DNA of 64,000 bases from Catajapyx aquilonaris (GCA_000934665.2 KZ538868.1:124001-188000), one strand, 5' to 3'; shown: positions 27,101-42,100, counted from the first letter of the stretch. The notes: generated by a model from the letters alone, not told the origin. Made by a program: numbers and translations.

Positions 27101-30100
27101 TAAATAATCTTGATAGTACTTATCTAATGTACCAAGAAGACTATAAACTTGCAGTTTGACTCACTTTTCAGTAATGACAAGGCAATATTAGGACATTTGG
27201 CAAGTTTTACCAATGTGAAAGTCTGAATAATTATGTCTTATTCATTGCAGCTCTGGGTCAGGTAATGCTGTATGTCGATGGCATGAATGGGGTGATGGAA
27301 CACAATGAGACAGTCCAGTGGCTCTACTCCTTGGTAGCAAGCAAGTTCCGCCTAGTAGTCAAAACAGCTCTCAAGCTTTTGCTGGTGTTTGTGGAGTATG
27401 TGGAGTCCAACTGCATGCTTCTCATCCGTGCTGTTCATTCAGTGGATACTTCAAGAGGTGAGTGGAGAGTATTTTAATATGAGGTGTAAGACACAGCTTT
27501 AACATGAGTCTTATTCTGAGCAGGACTGTTGCCATGGCACAACGTCATGAGGTTACTGAAGGAGAACGACACCACTGACACTGAGCTCTTGGTGTTTGCT
27601 ATGACTCTGGTCAATAAGGTGCTGAATGCTACTAATGACCAGGACACCTACTATGACCAGGTGGACAAGATGGAAGAGCAGGGAATGGAGCAGATTATCC
27701 ATTGCTACATGTCCAAACCTGGTGTAGATTTGGACCTGCTATGTCAGTTCCAACTTTACGAGGCTGTGCTAAGGCATGAAGATGGTGAAGAAGAAAATGT
27801 TCCCATTAAACTTGATGATTCCACCAGGTAATAATCTAGAACCACACTAGAAGCATTAAGGGTACAAATTTTATTTGCTTGTTGTTTGTGAAATTAGTTT
27901 AAGGGGTTTGTTCCTGACATTCATTAAAACAACTGTTAGTGTGGTGACTCATTAATGTTATGCAATTTCAGGCAAAAGTTGAAGAGCCGCAAGTCAGTCC
28001 TAGATGTGGAATCAACAGAACGGCGCAAGTCCAGACGGCACTCAACCAATTCATATTCCTCTCCTAATAATAATAATTCTAGCGGACCAGTGCTAGTGAC
28101 CCCGCAGCAAAACCAGATCCGGAGAGTGTCCCGGGAGGAGTCAGGTTCTTCAAGTGAAACTTCCAGCAGTCACTCTGCATCCCCAGCCCCCAACGATCGC
28201 TCCATAGCCATCCACATGAATGGGTCATGCAATGACAGATCAGGTGAGTAATTTCTAGATGGAGTCATGGCGCTTGATGCAGCAGCTGCAATTCCCTCAG
28301 CTAGTCTTTATTTATTTTTATTTTTTGCTTCGAGCACCTTGCACATGCCTCTAACTTGGCAGACCACACTACAAAGTCAATAGCTGAAACCCTGGCCCAC
28401 ATTTAATATGTCAGCTATTTGGACACTTCCTCAGCTTATGTTATAAGTTACATTTATCTTATGATTACTGACGTAGCCAAAGATAATGTCATAATTTTTA
28501 GATTTTCATAAGCAAAATGTGTGCATTTTATTATACATTTCTGATTTTTGGGACACAATGGAATCATGAACATTAACATAAGTTGCCTGAAGATATTTCA
28601 TTGCAGTTAAGGGTAAAACTTTGTGGAGGTGTCACACTATGGCAACATCTGCCACTTAAGATTGGTTTAATGTAAGTGTGATGGAGAAAATTTCTTTCCA
28701 CAAGTCACCTCTGCAGTAGCGTATTTATAAGAGTAATGCAATATTACTGATGACATGTCCAATAGCAATCACATAACTTGCCTTTATGTGTACCAAAAAA
28801 ACCCACAAAAACACTTGTTTCAATTGGGCAACATTGTGGACTCCATTTCCAACAGCCACTCAATAAGCTATTTTTCAACTATTGAATTGCACTGTTGACC
28901 TTGCGAGCTAGTGTTGCAAGTGGTGTCCACCATAGAAAAGTAGGCAACCACAGTCAAAAGAGTGTGAAGCACCTCTGAATGGCTGCAGTCGAGCATCCGC
29001 CTATCTTGCCTCCATTGTTGGGGTTGGCGAAGCAAAGGGGAAGGTATGGGCTGACAGAGAGTGCCCCTCCCTCAGTGGGAGATGCTGGGGTGACGCCTGC
29101 ATTGCGTCGGAGGAGGGAGCGTGTCCAGAGGCAGAGGAGCTTTCTCAAGGAGCAGCAGGAGAGTGCCGCCTTCTTACGTTCCGCAGCCCAGAACTCAGGA
29201 GGTTCAGACCCTGAACCCGTCTCTGAAAGTTAGTGAGATGCTCCTCCGTGTCACCTGTTCCTCTGCCTTTATTTCTCTCTTTCTGTCTCTCTTACTGTGC
29301 TGCTGTGCTCTGCTTCTGTTGTGATTACTCATCCCTTTCTTTGTGTTAATAGTGGATCATGTTAAAATGTCCCCATGTATTGATACTTGCAAGTTGGCTT
29401 ACAAGGACTTCTACAAAGAATGTATCTAGGATGAATAATTGCTTGTACAGTACTCTTCATTGTGACAGTTGATCAAGTAAACAGGATTTAGCACAACTGG
29501 CAAAGAACATTGAAAGTTTCACAAAAGAGTTACCATAATTTTCTGGAATAGTTGTGAAAAAATACCAGTTATTTGTGGAAACTCCTTTTACGAAATCATC
29601 TGATTGATTTGTTATAAAAATTTTATGAACTTGGACATGTACTTTAGTTACATTTGATTTCATTCATAATGAAGAGTGAGATAAAATAATTAGTTGGAAT
29701 CATTCCTCAGGTATCACAATGCAGAAGGATATATTACCATGATTTGTTATTCAGTGTGATGGTGGTGAAAAGTGTACTGAGCCATAAATGAAATTTCAGG
29801 CATCACTAGGAGGCAGGTTTATGGCGATCATCAAGAAGAGAGAAAGGATGTGGGGCTATTGCTGAGAAGAACTGGCAAGAAGGAGATGAATGGAGTGCCA
29901 GAGAGCGTCCCACCTTTGCAGCTGCTCCGGCAGGGCAAGTCTTGGGCCAAGGAAAGTGAAGTTGGAGGCCTGTCTCCACCTGCTGAAGTCATCCAGCTGA
30001 CTCGTGAGAACACAGTCAAAGATCTCACCCAGAAGCTCTCAGCAGGCCAGAGCCCCCAGGGCACGGGACCTGAAGAGAAGGCAGCTCGCATTGGTGATTT

Positions 30101-33100
30101 GAGCGGAATCATATCTAAAGCCAAAGAGGGTCTTGCAAAATCCAAGTCACGGCCTGACCTTAAGGCTCCAACTTCCCCTCCAGCTTTAGATATAGGCAAA
30201 CCTGAGCCACCCAAAAAGTCAGAAAATGAGTTACAGTGGGAGAGCCTTGTGACCAACTTGACACGGCCACTGTTCTTGTGTGACCTGGACTTTAGTGACC
30301 TTAAATCAGAGGACGATGTGAGCGTGCTGGTTTCAGAAGCTGTTTCCAACGGTCTTCCCCCTCCCCCTCCCCCGCCCCCAGGGGTTGCACCTCCTCCTCC
30401 TCCACCTGCTAAGGTCCCTCCTGCACTTCCCTCTACACCTACAACACCTTCAAACTCGTCATTTGGTGTTAGTTTGAGGCACCACCAATTGTGTGGGTCG
30501 GGGCTGCGAAATGCCAACTCCCAGCCTCAGCCTCCAGCTCAGCCTCAGCCACCACCTCCACCAAAGAAGACCAAGAAGACTGTGAAGCTCTTTTGGAAGG
30601 AGGTACGTGATGACCCCTGTGCTGCAGTCAAGTTGCAGAAATCGGGACTCATCTGGGATGACATCACTCCTGTCCAACTTGACGTGCAGAGGCTGGAGCA
30701 CCTTTTTGAGAACCGGGCGAAGGATCTCCTCAGCAAGGTGGGATGTCGATGTGCATGTAATGCTAAGCTTCGATTTTGTGTCAAATGGTCATGATTTAAA
30801 TTTCAGAACATTCAAGGTGGGTGGTTGCTACTAAAAGAAACTAATTATGATGTAGATATTATTAACTATGCCTTTACATGTTTTGTAAATTGAACAGTAC
30901 TTCAAAGGTTTACATTTACAGGCCTCTTATTGTAATATCAATTTTTAAAGAAGAGGTAACTCCATACTATGCCATCTTATTTATGGCCAGGATACTGTAC
31001 AATAATGAGGTTGAGCTGTGCCTCTGTGAAACAAATGAGAGGGCTGTATTTGTCATAACTTCTTGTTCTAATCTCTTGTACTCTTTATTTTATTTTTTCA
31101 TGTGCAGTGCAGATTTTTTTCGGTTTCAACATTGTTTTATTTTATTTGCTAATCTCACACAATGGCTTCTGTGCAGCTAGATTAATCTGCTGGTAACTTT
31201 GGGTACTTGAGCAAGTAGTAGAAGCAGCCACCCACAACTTGGTTGGTTGGGCAGCTGACTTTTGTATGGATTGGCTGCTTGGCTGTTTCTCCTAATCGTC
31301 CCAATTCTTTCTCTTCCGCATCGATGTGGCTTCATAACATGTAGGAGGTGAGTAGCTACAGCTAGCTGGCAAATGGATGTATGGTGGTGGTTGTAGATTT
31401 TGGAAAGGGGCTTGGTTGAGATTCAAGAGGCAAAGAATGCATTTCAAAATAATTGTGTAAGCTGGGCTCTTCATTTCTAATTGCAATCATGATGGTAAAG
31501 CATTACATTCTAAGTGGCAAAAGGGAATACCACAACAAACTACACCTTTCACCTTCCATTAAACATCAAAACATGTTTAACTTGCAATGACAACTCATCA
31601 CAGACACTCTTTGCCATTTGTGAGCTTACCCAACTAACAGATGCTGACACGAGAACGGGTGCCCTTTGGGTTGCTCATTTTTCACACTTAACTCTAAGCT
31701 AGCGCTAAGTTAACGCTAAGGATGTTTAGACTGGGAGAGCTATTTGTAACCTCAAATCGTTTCTTCTTTATGGAAATTTTCTTTGTGTTTAGTCTGTAAA
31801 CACTGCCACTTCTCCATGCAGAAGCAGCAGGAGATGAACAAGGCCAAGGAAATTACGGTTCTGGATCCAAAGCGTTCCAACGCCATCAACATTGGTATGA
31901 CCAAGCTGCCGCCATCGAGGACCATCAAGGGCGCCATCATGAAGATGGACATCTCCATTATCAACAGAGAAGGGATTGAGGTGAGTACCTGGTTGATACC
32001 TATTTTTCACTACCATGAACCAAATTGAAGCAGGTCTTTGATTGCTGATATTTGTGCTGTGTGAATGTGTCATGTTGGCAGTGGAAATGTATGTAAAAAG
32101 CTGTTAGTAGTGCAAGGTACATCTTAAGAAGGGTATATATTTATTAGGATTCGACAATTATAACAAATCCGTTAGCAGAGGGTTAGCTCCATAGCTGGCC
32201 ATTCTAGTTAATCTACTGCATTAGACTTTGGCACTTCATTACAACCAACAAATAATGCTGAAACTGAGTCAATCGGGTGCTGACTCGATTTCTTCAATCA
32301 TAGTCCTGCATGCTTATAGAAGCCAGTCTTCCTTGATCAAATCAGCTGATTTTTCACCAATCATTACAGAGGCTGCATTGGTATTCCCACTGACTAATGT
32401 TGGCATAATAGAAGCATCTGCCACCCGGAGACTTGTGATACCCCTTACTCGGAGTCGCGAATCAAGTACCCCATATTCATCAGATTTAGGCCCCATCTTG
32501 CATGTTCCAGAATAGTGATAGAAAGTCAGTGTCATGTGTCGCAGGTGACATTCCCAGAACTCGTCAGAATCAAATTCATAGTTCTCGCAACCAGGGTAAG
32601 GCTTCTTCCAAATAGTGGTGTTAATACTATACAGCGGTTTCGTTTTGGAGAGTTCTAGAGCAATTTTTACTCCTTCAATGAGGACCTTCAAGTCTCTCTC
32701 GTCATCAAAGTAATTTGCAAAGATGATGGGATTGTCCTCAGGGTCAGTGCTTTTGAGTTGCAGGTGCCCTCTGCTCTGTGGACGCAACAAGGTAGGAAAT
32801 GCTATCCATGAAGGCTGGCCCATTGCCTCGGAGTAAACTGTGCGGAATGCTTCTTTTTCAATAGAGAATGGCGGATTGTCCATCAGTCCCGCGTTTGTCA
32901 GTGGTGATCTGCTCTCAGTAGTGATCTGAATATCGGGCCAATCTTGAGCCGGGTCACTGAATTTTGTGTTCACAAAGCCCGTCGTTTCAACTGATCCGGG
33001 GATGTTCAATGCACTGGGCATGTGATGTAACCAGTTCTGCGAACAATTAGAGATGAGCATTATAAGGCTGTATGATGGATGGAGTACCCTACCAATATCA

Positions 33101-36100
33101 ATTTAATATTTAACTTCTAGTTCCACAAGGTCTGTGTGAACTTGACTGATATGACACACATGTCTGATAACTTTTCTGGATAAGATATTGTGTCACTTAT
33201 GTGTTTCGATGGAGTTGTATAATCAACCACAGTACCATGACACTCTGTGGATGCAACACGTTTTCAGGACTAAAGTCTTCTCCCGTTTCTGCCAAGAACT
33301 GCAGGATAGTGGCCACATGGTCCTGTAGGTTTCGACCTACTCCTGGAAGGTGTTGCACCACAGGAACGCCCATATTTTCCAAGTGTCGCGTGGGACCTAT
33401 CCCAGACAGCAGGAGTAAATGTGGGGATCCAATGGATCCGGCACTCAAAACAATTTCTTTCTTAGCCTTCGCCATGAGTAATTTACCACCACTTTTGAAA
33501 ACCACTCCGGTGGCTGTTTTTGTTGCTTCTGCAAGAAAAAATAACATAGCCTTAGCGATTATTTCTCTTGAACCCAAATGTAACGTACCGTCGATGATTA
33601 TTTTGTGTACATGAGCGAATGTAGTGATATGAAGATTCCTCCTTCCGCGTACGGGATCCAGAAAGGCTTTGTCCGTACTGCAGCGTTCCCCGTTGACAGT
33701 AGTGCGCTGTGTTAACATAAACCCCGTTTGATTCCTTCCGTTGCAATCCCTTATCTGGTACCCCATCTCTTTGGCACCATCCAAGACCAGATCTGCCATC
33801 GGAGTTTGGAAGGCTTCAGCACCCTCCACGCTCAAGTACCCCCCTTTGCCGCGGTACTCCTCATCACCCGTGTACTCTCCACCTCCATGGAAGTCCTCGG
33901 ATTTCTTGAAGTAAGGCAGCACATCGTCGTAGCCCCAGCCTGGATTACCAAGGGACTCCCAGTGGTCGTAGTCTCGACGGTTTCCGCGCACGTACATCAT
34001 GAAGTTGACCACGCTGGATCCTCCGAGGACATTGCCTCGCCTCCACAGGGACGCCTTCTTGGTCAGAGAAAGGCACGTGCGGTCATCTGGTTCTGTGTAA
34101 ATGGCACGGTCCACATCTGTATTTTGGAGGAAGGGAGACAAAAATGGGACTCGAGCCATTCGGGGGGCCTCTCCACCAGCTTCCAACAGAAGGACTTGCC
34201 ATTCTGGAACCTCCGAGAGGCGGTTGGCCAGCACAGCACCTGATGAACCGGCACCCACCACGACAAAGTCATATTCACCGTACAATGTCGGATGTTCCGA
34301 TCTCGCCACAAGTGGTAACCGGAACGCTACTAGAACCGCGAAGAGTGTGGTTAACACCATCACCTTTGGAGAGAGACACTAAGTATTTAGATTAGGATGT
34401 GGAGATATGAGTAGTACGCGCTTTTGACCCTAAAGCACTGGTGGACTCTGAGAGAGACATTCGGGAAGTGATGGAGCAGTTTGTATCGCATTCTCCTTGG
34501 AGGCGCCAGTATCGTTATATATCTGACATGAACTCCTTTTGTGTCAACTTGTGATTTGAGATAAGGAAAAGGCAGTCCCTTACACGGCATTAGGTAAAGC
34601 AGGCCAAGTTGTGCATTTGAGCCCTATACTGTTCAGCCATGTCTCGTGCATATGTAGGATTAGGTTTGCATATTTTGTTCAAAGAATCTACAGTATTTGC
34701 ATTTGCATGCTTCTCTTGCATGCATTTCTTTTTATACTGTGCATCTCTGGCGGTGCAGATGTGTGAATTCATGTAAAGGAATAGTGCAACACGTAGTACC
34801 AGTCCTTTAAAAGAAAGCGTATGTAGGTCAACCCGAAGTCAGCGTATTCCTTGGGCCAAAACAAGTCGAAAATGTAGGGGTGAGGTAGATGACCAGAAAC
34901 ATTTGCCAGCGGATGCCGAAGGAGCAGGATATGGGCGTGAAAATCGTGACTGTTGGGATCTTTCACAGAAGTGATTATCACCACTGATATCCTGCACCTT
35001 CTGCAACCACCGGCCAATGTTTCTGGTCATCTACCTCGTTAACGGTTGGTCCCTCGACATTTCTCCCCCATACATCATTTTCGACTTGTTTCCACCCAAG
35101 GAATACATTGACTTCGGGTTGACCTACTAGTAAGAAACACCTTGTGTAACAGGGTGCCTGGATCGGAACTGCTTCGAGCTTTTAATTAACAGTGCCAAAT
35201 ACTTGGAACACCTTGTATATTAACACTTGATCGAGTTTGAGCATATTTTTTAAAAAAATACGAAGCAGTGCTATCAATTTATGAAGTGTTGTGTAATGGG
35301 AGTAATTGTGTTTTTAATGCCAGATGTGCATTACAAAGCTTCAGAACAAGTCGCACCACTTGTCTTACATGTGTTTAAAGGTTATTGCCGAGGCTGATTT
35401 AATGTGCCTAGCGACATTGCTCGCCTGCCACTGCCCTACATAAACCTTCAGTAATTTTCATTGATGTTTTATAGCATTGGTGTATGACAACTTATTATTC
35501 AGCCATATTGGGCACTAAAACTGACATTAATTAGCTTGATAATTACGCATTGAACCAATCAAAATGCCTGTCCTACACACAGATTACCTGTACTGCTCTT
35601 ACTGGGTGCCCCGTGAGACTTGTCCAGATTTAGGACATTTTCCTGGAATTATTTATGACGATGTGTACTGTACATATGGTTGGGGGGCTCATTTTTATCT
35701 GAATAAACCTTTTCTCTTGCAAGCATCAAAAATGAGCAGTTCAGTAAGTCTGACAGTAGCGACCATATAGGCTACTTATACATGCAGAATTCAAAATAAC
35801 CAATAATGACTTTCAGTAGCTTTATTAAATTCCGCATCTGTCCGCGGACAATTCACATTGAATAAAACAATTCCGTGAGTTGAATCGATACATCAGTTAG
35901 GCCAGCAGCGTTCAACCCCAGCTGAATCGCAAAAATGACCTGAAAAAGTGCGTTTCGCAAGAGGGTGGTGAGGGTCCAACTAGCTTCAACACATGGCTCA
36001 TTAGGGGAGTCGCATTGTCCCATTTCTTCTTTCCAATCTTCCTTGATCATATCCGACGCCTTTTCTGCAATCATGGTGGTCGGAGCGTTGGTGTTTCCGC

Positions 36101-39100
36101 TGGGCAGAGTGGGCATGACGGAAGCGTCCACTACCCTCAAGCCTTGAACCCCGTACAGGCTTAGTCTGGGGCTAACCACTGCTTCAGGATCTGAATCAGG
36201 TCCCATCTTGCACGTTCCCACTTGATGGTACAGTGTCAATGTGAAATGTCGTATGAAACAATCCCAGTATTGGTCCGAATTGAACGGGTATTTCTGGCAA
36301 GGTTCGGGCGCTGTCTCGACAACTCTTGCGTTGATTTTCTGAAGAGCCGGCATTTTGGTCAGGTTCACAAAGATCCTGCAGCCTTCCATCAGGACTTTCA
36401 TGTCCTCCGGATCGTAGAAGTAGTTGGGTGTCAGCTCTGGATGCTCCCAAATGTTGCCGCTTTTGATTCGAAGGCAGCCTCTACTTTTAGGATGCAGGAG
36501 GACAGGGGCTCCGATCATTCCTCGCTGCAGCGTGTAGTTCGCGTACAGTTTGCGGTATGTCGCGGTGTCGATAGAGAAAGGCGTATGCGTCAGGGATGTG
36601 GCGTCCATGAAGGTAGTCGTGCTTAGGGGAATTATTTGGATGTTAGGCGGGTCTTTGGAGATGTCGCTGGATGGGGTGTGGACGAAGCCGATCACTTCAC
36701 AAGCACCGGGGCAGTCCAATGGGGAAGGCTTCTTAAGGGTCCAGTTCTGTCCAAGTATAACCAAGCACAAAATGAATTCATAAGATGAGCAGGATCAATG
36801 AAATAACATTTGAATGCCTATAGAATGCAGAATACTGCGAGTAGAAGGCTAGAATCCATACCAAAACGCTGGTGGGTGAAAGAGCCGCAAGAGGATCTAG
36901 GTCGCCGTTGTGGTCAGCTAGGATGAAGAACGGAGCAGCCACATGGTCTTGTAAATTTTTTCCCACTGCAGCATTGGGGTGGACCAGAGTAACCCCGGCT
37001 TGTTCCAAGTCTTCCTTTGGCCCCACACCGGACACCATCAGCAGATGCGGAGATCCAATTGACCCAGCACACAGAATAACTTCCTTTCTGGCCTTTACCA
37101 CGTACCGCTTTCCGTCCTTTTTGAATACTACACCAGATGCTCGTTTATTCTCACCTGTATAGCATAAGCACATGACATTAGAGCGGTTACGTTACCAACG
37201 TTGTGACTAACAGGATCGAGTGATAATACTGCGGTAGACTATATAATATGCAGTTGTTAAAATATTGTAAAAGAATTATGTGAATTTCATAAACGAAACT
37301 GAAGTATGTTTAACTTTTATTGTACAAGGACGCAAACTTACCGATATTTTCGAAAAGTATTTTCTCTGCTCGAGCATAGCAAATAATATGCAGATTTTGC
37401 CTGTGTTTGACTGGTTCCAAGAAAGACTCGTAGGGACCGCATCTTCTGCCATCCCGTACAGTACTCTGCAGAAGCATGAATCCTGTCTGGTTGGCTCCGT
37501 TGCAGTCTCTTACGGGGTATCCCAGCTGCTGTCCAGCCTCCAACAGTCTCGGCGCCAGATCGCTCTCAAACCTGCACCTTCCCTGCACGGTCATGTATCC
37601 ACCTGTACCGTGATACTCTTTTTCTATGTAGTCGACCCCGTTGGGACGCATGTCCTCCGATTTGATGAAGTATTGTAGCACGTCGTCGTAGGCCCACCCT
37701 GTATTGCCAAGCGACGCCCATGAGTCGTAGTCGCGACGGTTGCCACGCACGTACTGCATGTAGTTGTGCTGACCAGAACCTCCTAGACACAGGCCTCGAG
37801 GCCAGTAACATGTCCCTTTGTACATGGATTTACAGTAGGTTCCGTCAGTCTCCGTATAATATGACCAGTCCATGGCCGTGTATTGAAGATAGATGGCCAA
37901 GTAGGGTATGTCGGCGACTATAGATGCGTGGCAACCTGCTTCCATCACCACTACGTCCCAGCCGGTAATTTCGGACAGGCGGTTAGCCACTACGGACCCT
38001 GCAGACCCTGCCCCTACGATCACAAAGTCTGTCTCACATTCGGACTCTGTCCCGCAATCTAAGCCTGCCTTGACCGGCAAAGACACGGCCGCCAAAGCTG
38101 CGGCGAGGAGAAGTGGCTTCATGGTGTGTCTTTTTATGTTATCCGACTTATTTTGTTATTTGGTGTTGTTATTCTATAAATATGGAGAGAGATATATATA
38201 GTAACTTAGTAAATCAATCGGAACTTAGTACAATAGTTGGTTGGCTCACCAGTAGTAGAATGGCATTCCGTTCGTGTCAAGATATCGAGATTGAATGGGA
38301 TACGGGAACTCGTCAGTGTTCTCGCAGCTGCCCTATCGTAGTTGAAATTCTGGGATTGTACAATGCAGTATCTGGCATTGGTATTGATTTTACAGATCTG
38401 AAATTAAATATATTCTGCAGCTGGTGATGGCCATATTTGAATAACAATAATGATCATGTTTTCTATTGTCTGCTGCAAGACTGAAACTTCTGTTCTCGCG
38501 GTGCTGATGGCCTGATTCTGCAGGGGGTCACGTCAATGTAAAGCATTACACCGTGGAAATATGCGCTGCATCTGTAATGAACCTGTAGCATTTGCAAAAA
38601 AAAAATGCAATACTCTTAAAGGCTTGCATGAATAATGCCTTTACCGACACTGGGCGAGAATTACATTATGTATTTGTGTTTTAACGTGGCACATTATGCA
38701 GTATTATTACAGCACATTATCCCATTAATGTGAAATTTTAATGGCAGTAGACTAATATGTAAAAGCCAACCCAAACTTCAGTGTTATTGCATGTGCTTAT
38801 TTTTATTGATTTTTTTTACAAGTGGCGTGCGAATTATCTAAAAGTAAAATGACAATTCAGAAGGGAAGTGATGGAGTCGGAGAGAAGACTTTACGAAGAA
38901 GAGGTGTTTGTTGGAAATATGTTTACGTTCGGGACGGAATGATTCAGTTTGTGTACCACTGCCTTAAGAAGTTCCTGGTGGCTTACTTTCTTGGTGCCAC
39001 GGGTTTATGAGGCCAGGAATCTTTGATGAGGTCGGATGCCTTCTCCCCGATCATGATAGCCCCAGCATTGGTGTTTGCGCTGACCAAGGTTGGCATGATG

Positions 39101-42100
39101 GCACAGTCGGCCACTCTCAGACCCCTGATTCCTCGGACTCTGAGAAGGGGGTCCAGGACAGCGCCCGGGTCACTGTCATGACCCATCTTGCATGTCCCCA
39201 CTGGGTGGTACACGGTCAGGGTTTTGTGTCGCAGCATGCATTCCCAGAAGTCGTCAGTGTGAGGCACGTGATTCTCGCAGCCTGGGAAAGGCTTCATCCA
39301 TATCTGCGAGTTGATTCCTTGAAGCGCTCTCGTTCGCGTCATTTGCTCCGCAATTTTGCAGCCCTCTATCAGAACTTTTATGTCCTTCTCGTGCGTGAAA
39401 TAGTTTGGGTATATCACTGGATGGACGTCTGGGTCTGAGCTCTTTAGTATGAGCTGCCCCCTGCTTTCTGGTCGTAGGAGGAGCGGAGCTAAGAGCCAGG
39501 CCTCCTTACCCATAATTTCGCCATAAACTGCACTGAATGCTTCTTTGCTCACTGCGAACGGTGGTCTGGCTGGAGCCGTAGGGTCACCCAATGGCGATGT
39601 ACTCAGAGTGATAAACTGAATGTCAGGCCAGTCTTCGGAAGGATTGCTGTACTTGGTGTGAACGAAACCCATCACCTCACCTCCACCGGGCGTGCTCAAG
39701 GGGCTGGGCATTTGAGCCAACCATGCCTGTGAATGATTTGAATGCATACGATAATATTTGGTCGGAACTCGGAAGTATACAATGTGCATTAATTACGTAC
39801 GAGGACGCTGAAAGGGTGAAGAGCGCTCAATGGTTCCAACGCGCCTCCTGTGTTGGCCAACACGTAAAGAAACGTGGCGACATGGTCTTGCAGGTTCTGC
39901 CCCACTCCTGGCAAGTCATGTATTACTTGAACACCTGCGTCTTGCAAATTCTTCTTGGGACCTATTCCCGACAGCATAAGGAGATGCGGAGATCCGATGG
40001 CACCAGCACAGAGGATGACTTCTTTACGGACAAGGGCGAGAAATATCTTCCCATCTTGCCTGAAAAACACTCCATGTGCTTGTTTCGTCCTTTCTGAAAT
40101 GAAAAGTGGAAAATTGCATCTACTCACTGCAATGGTGATATGAGGAATGTAAATCGCAATTGACGCGTGCTCATATGCAGCATGTGATGCTATTTTTCCA
40201 GACAACTCTTTAGGGTAGGCAATTTTTTTTGTATTGGTACCTGAAGACTGGCTTTAACTTACCGTCAATATGAATCTTAACCACTTGTGCAAAAGTAGCG
40301 ATGTGTAGATTTCGTCTTCCTTTGATGGGGTCCAGAAAGGCCCTGGCGGTGCTAGACCGCGCACCTCCCCTGGTGGTACGCTGCATAAACATGAATCCTG
40401 TCTGGTTCATCCCGTTGCAATCTCTCTTCGGGTATCCCATCTCCTTGCCTGCTTCAATCAGGATGTCCGCCAGTTTGGACTTGAACGGATCCGATCCCTG
40501 CACACCCAGGTAGCCTCCCTTTCCGTGGTACTCCATATTCACTCCGCATGTTTCTCCCTGGTAGTCTTCGGACTTCTTGAAGTATGGCAGCACATCATCG
40601 TAACCCCACCCTGGATTGCCCAAGGACCTCCACAGGTCGTAGTCATGCCTGTTGCCCCTGACATACTGCATGAAGTTAAGCACGCTAGTCCCTCCGAGCA
40701 CTTTGCCCCGGGGCCAGTAGGAGGTCTGGTTGTCCAGGGATAGGCAGGTCCGACCGTCTTTCTCCGGGTAATATCCCCAATCGATGGGTGTCCTCTGCGC
40801 CACCAGGGCCAAGTAGGGCACGTCTGTCATCCTGGGTGCTTCTCCACCCGCCTCGACCAAGAGCACCTTCCACTCGGGCACTTCCGAGAGCCGGTTGGCA
40901 ACCACCGCCCCCGCTGACCCAGCGCCCACCACGATGAAGTCGAACTCTCCGTAAGGACTGTATCCCTCCGCCATGTCACCAGACGCGGTCAAAGCAGTTA
41001 AGAATACCATCATCATCGCCATGCCGCTTTCCATGGCTGTGACTCCTTACCTACACAGAATCAAGGAAGAGCGTGAAAGATACAAGAATTTAGATTCTTA
41101 GGGTTGATTTGATAGCAGATAACCAACCATTTCTCTGTCTACCTCGTGTACGCAGAGAATTATTACACTTACAATATCTCAGTACTGCAGTATAGGAATT
41201 TCACTGGTATCTGACACTATAGCGGTTTCAACGCCCGCCTTTTCATATTTTAGCAGTGTAAGTAGAGGACTACCGGTATATTACTACCTTATTGAGGTTT
41301 TTGTCCTGTATGTAATCTTACATTAGTTACGACAATTCAACGTTACGGCACTCAGTAATCAGTGTCCTACGACTAACTATGCACGGTTGCAGTGCGAATA
41401 AAACGTTTAACTTTTAACACTATGGCCAGTGACAGTCCGAATAAACGACTCCAGACCTACCTGATGCTGTGATACGTGAAGTAGGTCTCTAACCGACTGA
41501 AATAAGGATTTTAAAAGCAACGAATTCACCGTATTTCTCAATTAGATTACAATAATTTGTCGCTCGCAACATTTTGTCCTTGCCATGCACATGCGAGGAA
41601 GAATGAGAGAACAAGGGGTTACGTGTTCACCTATTTGCATGACTTGACCACACGGGGGTCTTGTGACCCAAGCTTTCTGCTTAACGTCACATAAGTGGTG
41701 TCATACATTATGTTGTCCATTATTAAGGACATTCACATGTGGATGTAGACCGACCAGCATAATACAGTATTGCTTTGAATTAGCTTCTTCCTGCCTCCGC
41801 TGATTACTAGGTTTTATGAACATTTACCGCGTTACGAGTGTTTTTTTGCCATATTTTATGCAACCGAGAATTTCTGCATTATAGTTACGCAATAATTGCT
41901 CGTTGTATTTTTATCTGCTGTCGAGTAGGCAGGTCATTTATGATTAGGGTTAATAATGTTTGCATGTTTTTATGAGATTTTTTGTGCAAGTCAATTATTC
42001 CGATGCATATGTTTTGAAGAAATAGTTGTTGTTGTGATATGCAAAGTTAGTCCAAACTCTATAGGTCAGTCTCCCACCAGGGTACTCGTTGGCCGAAAAC

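Noticed and set aside
29831..30517. 228-aa minus-strand Gly-rich ORF
   Set aside because: Antisense shadow of the FH1 poly-Pro exon.
30807..31192. Possible FH2 micro-exons (10 nt at ~30807; 12 nt INLL at 31181-31192)
   Set aside because: The splice motifs are short enough to arise by chance and the flanking exons already join in frame; RNA-seq is needed.
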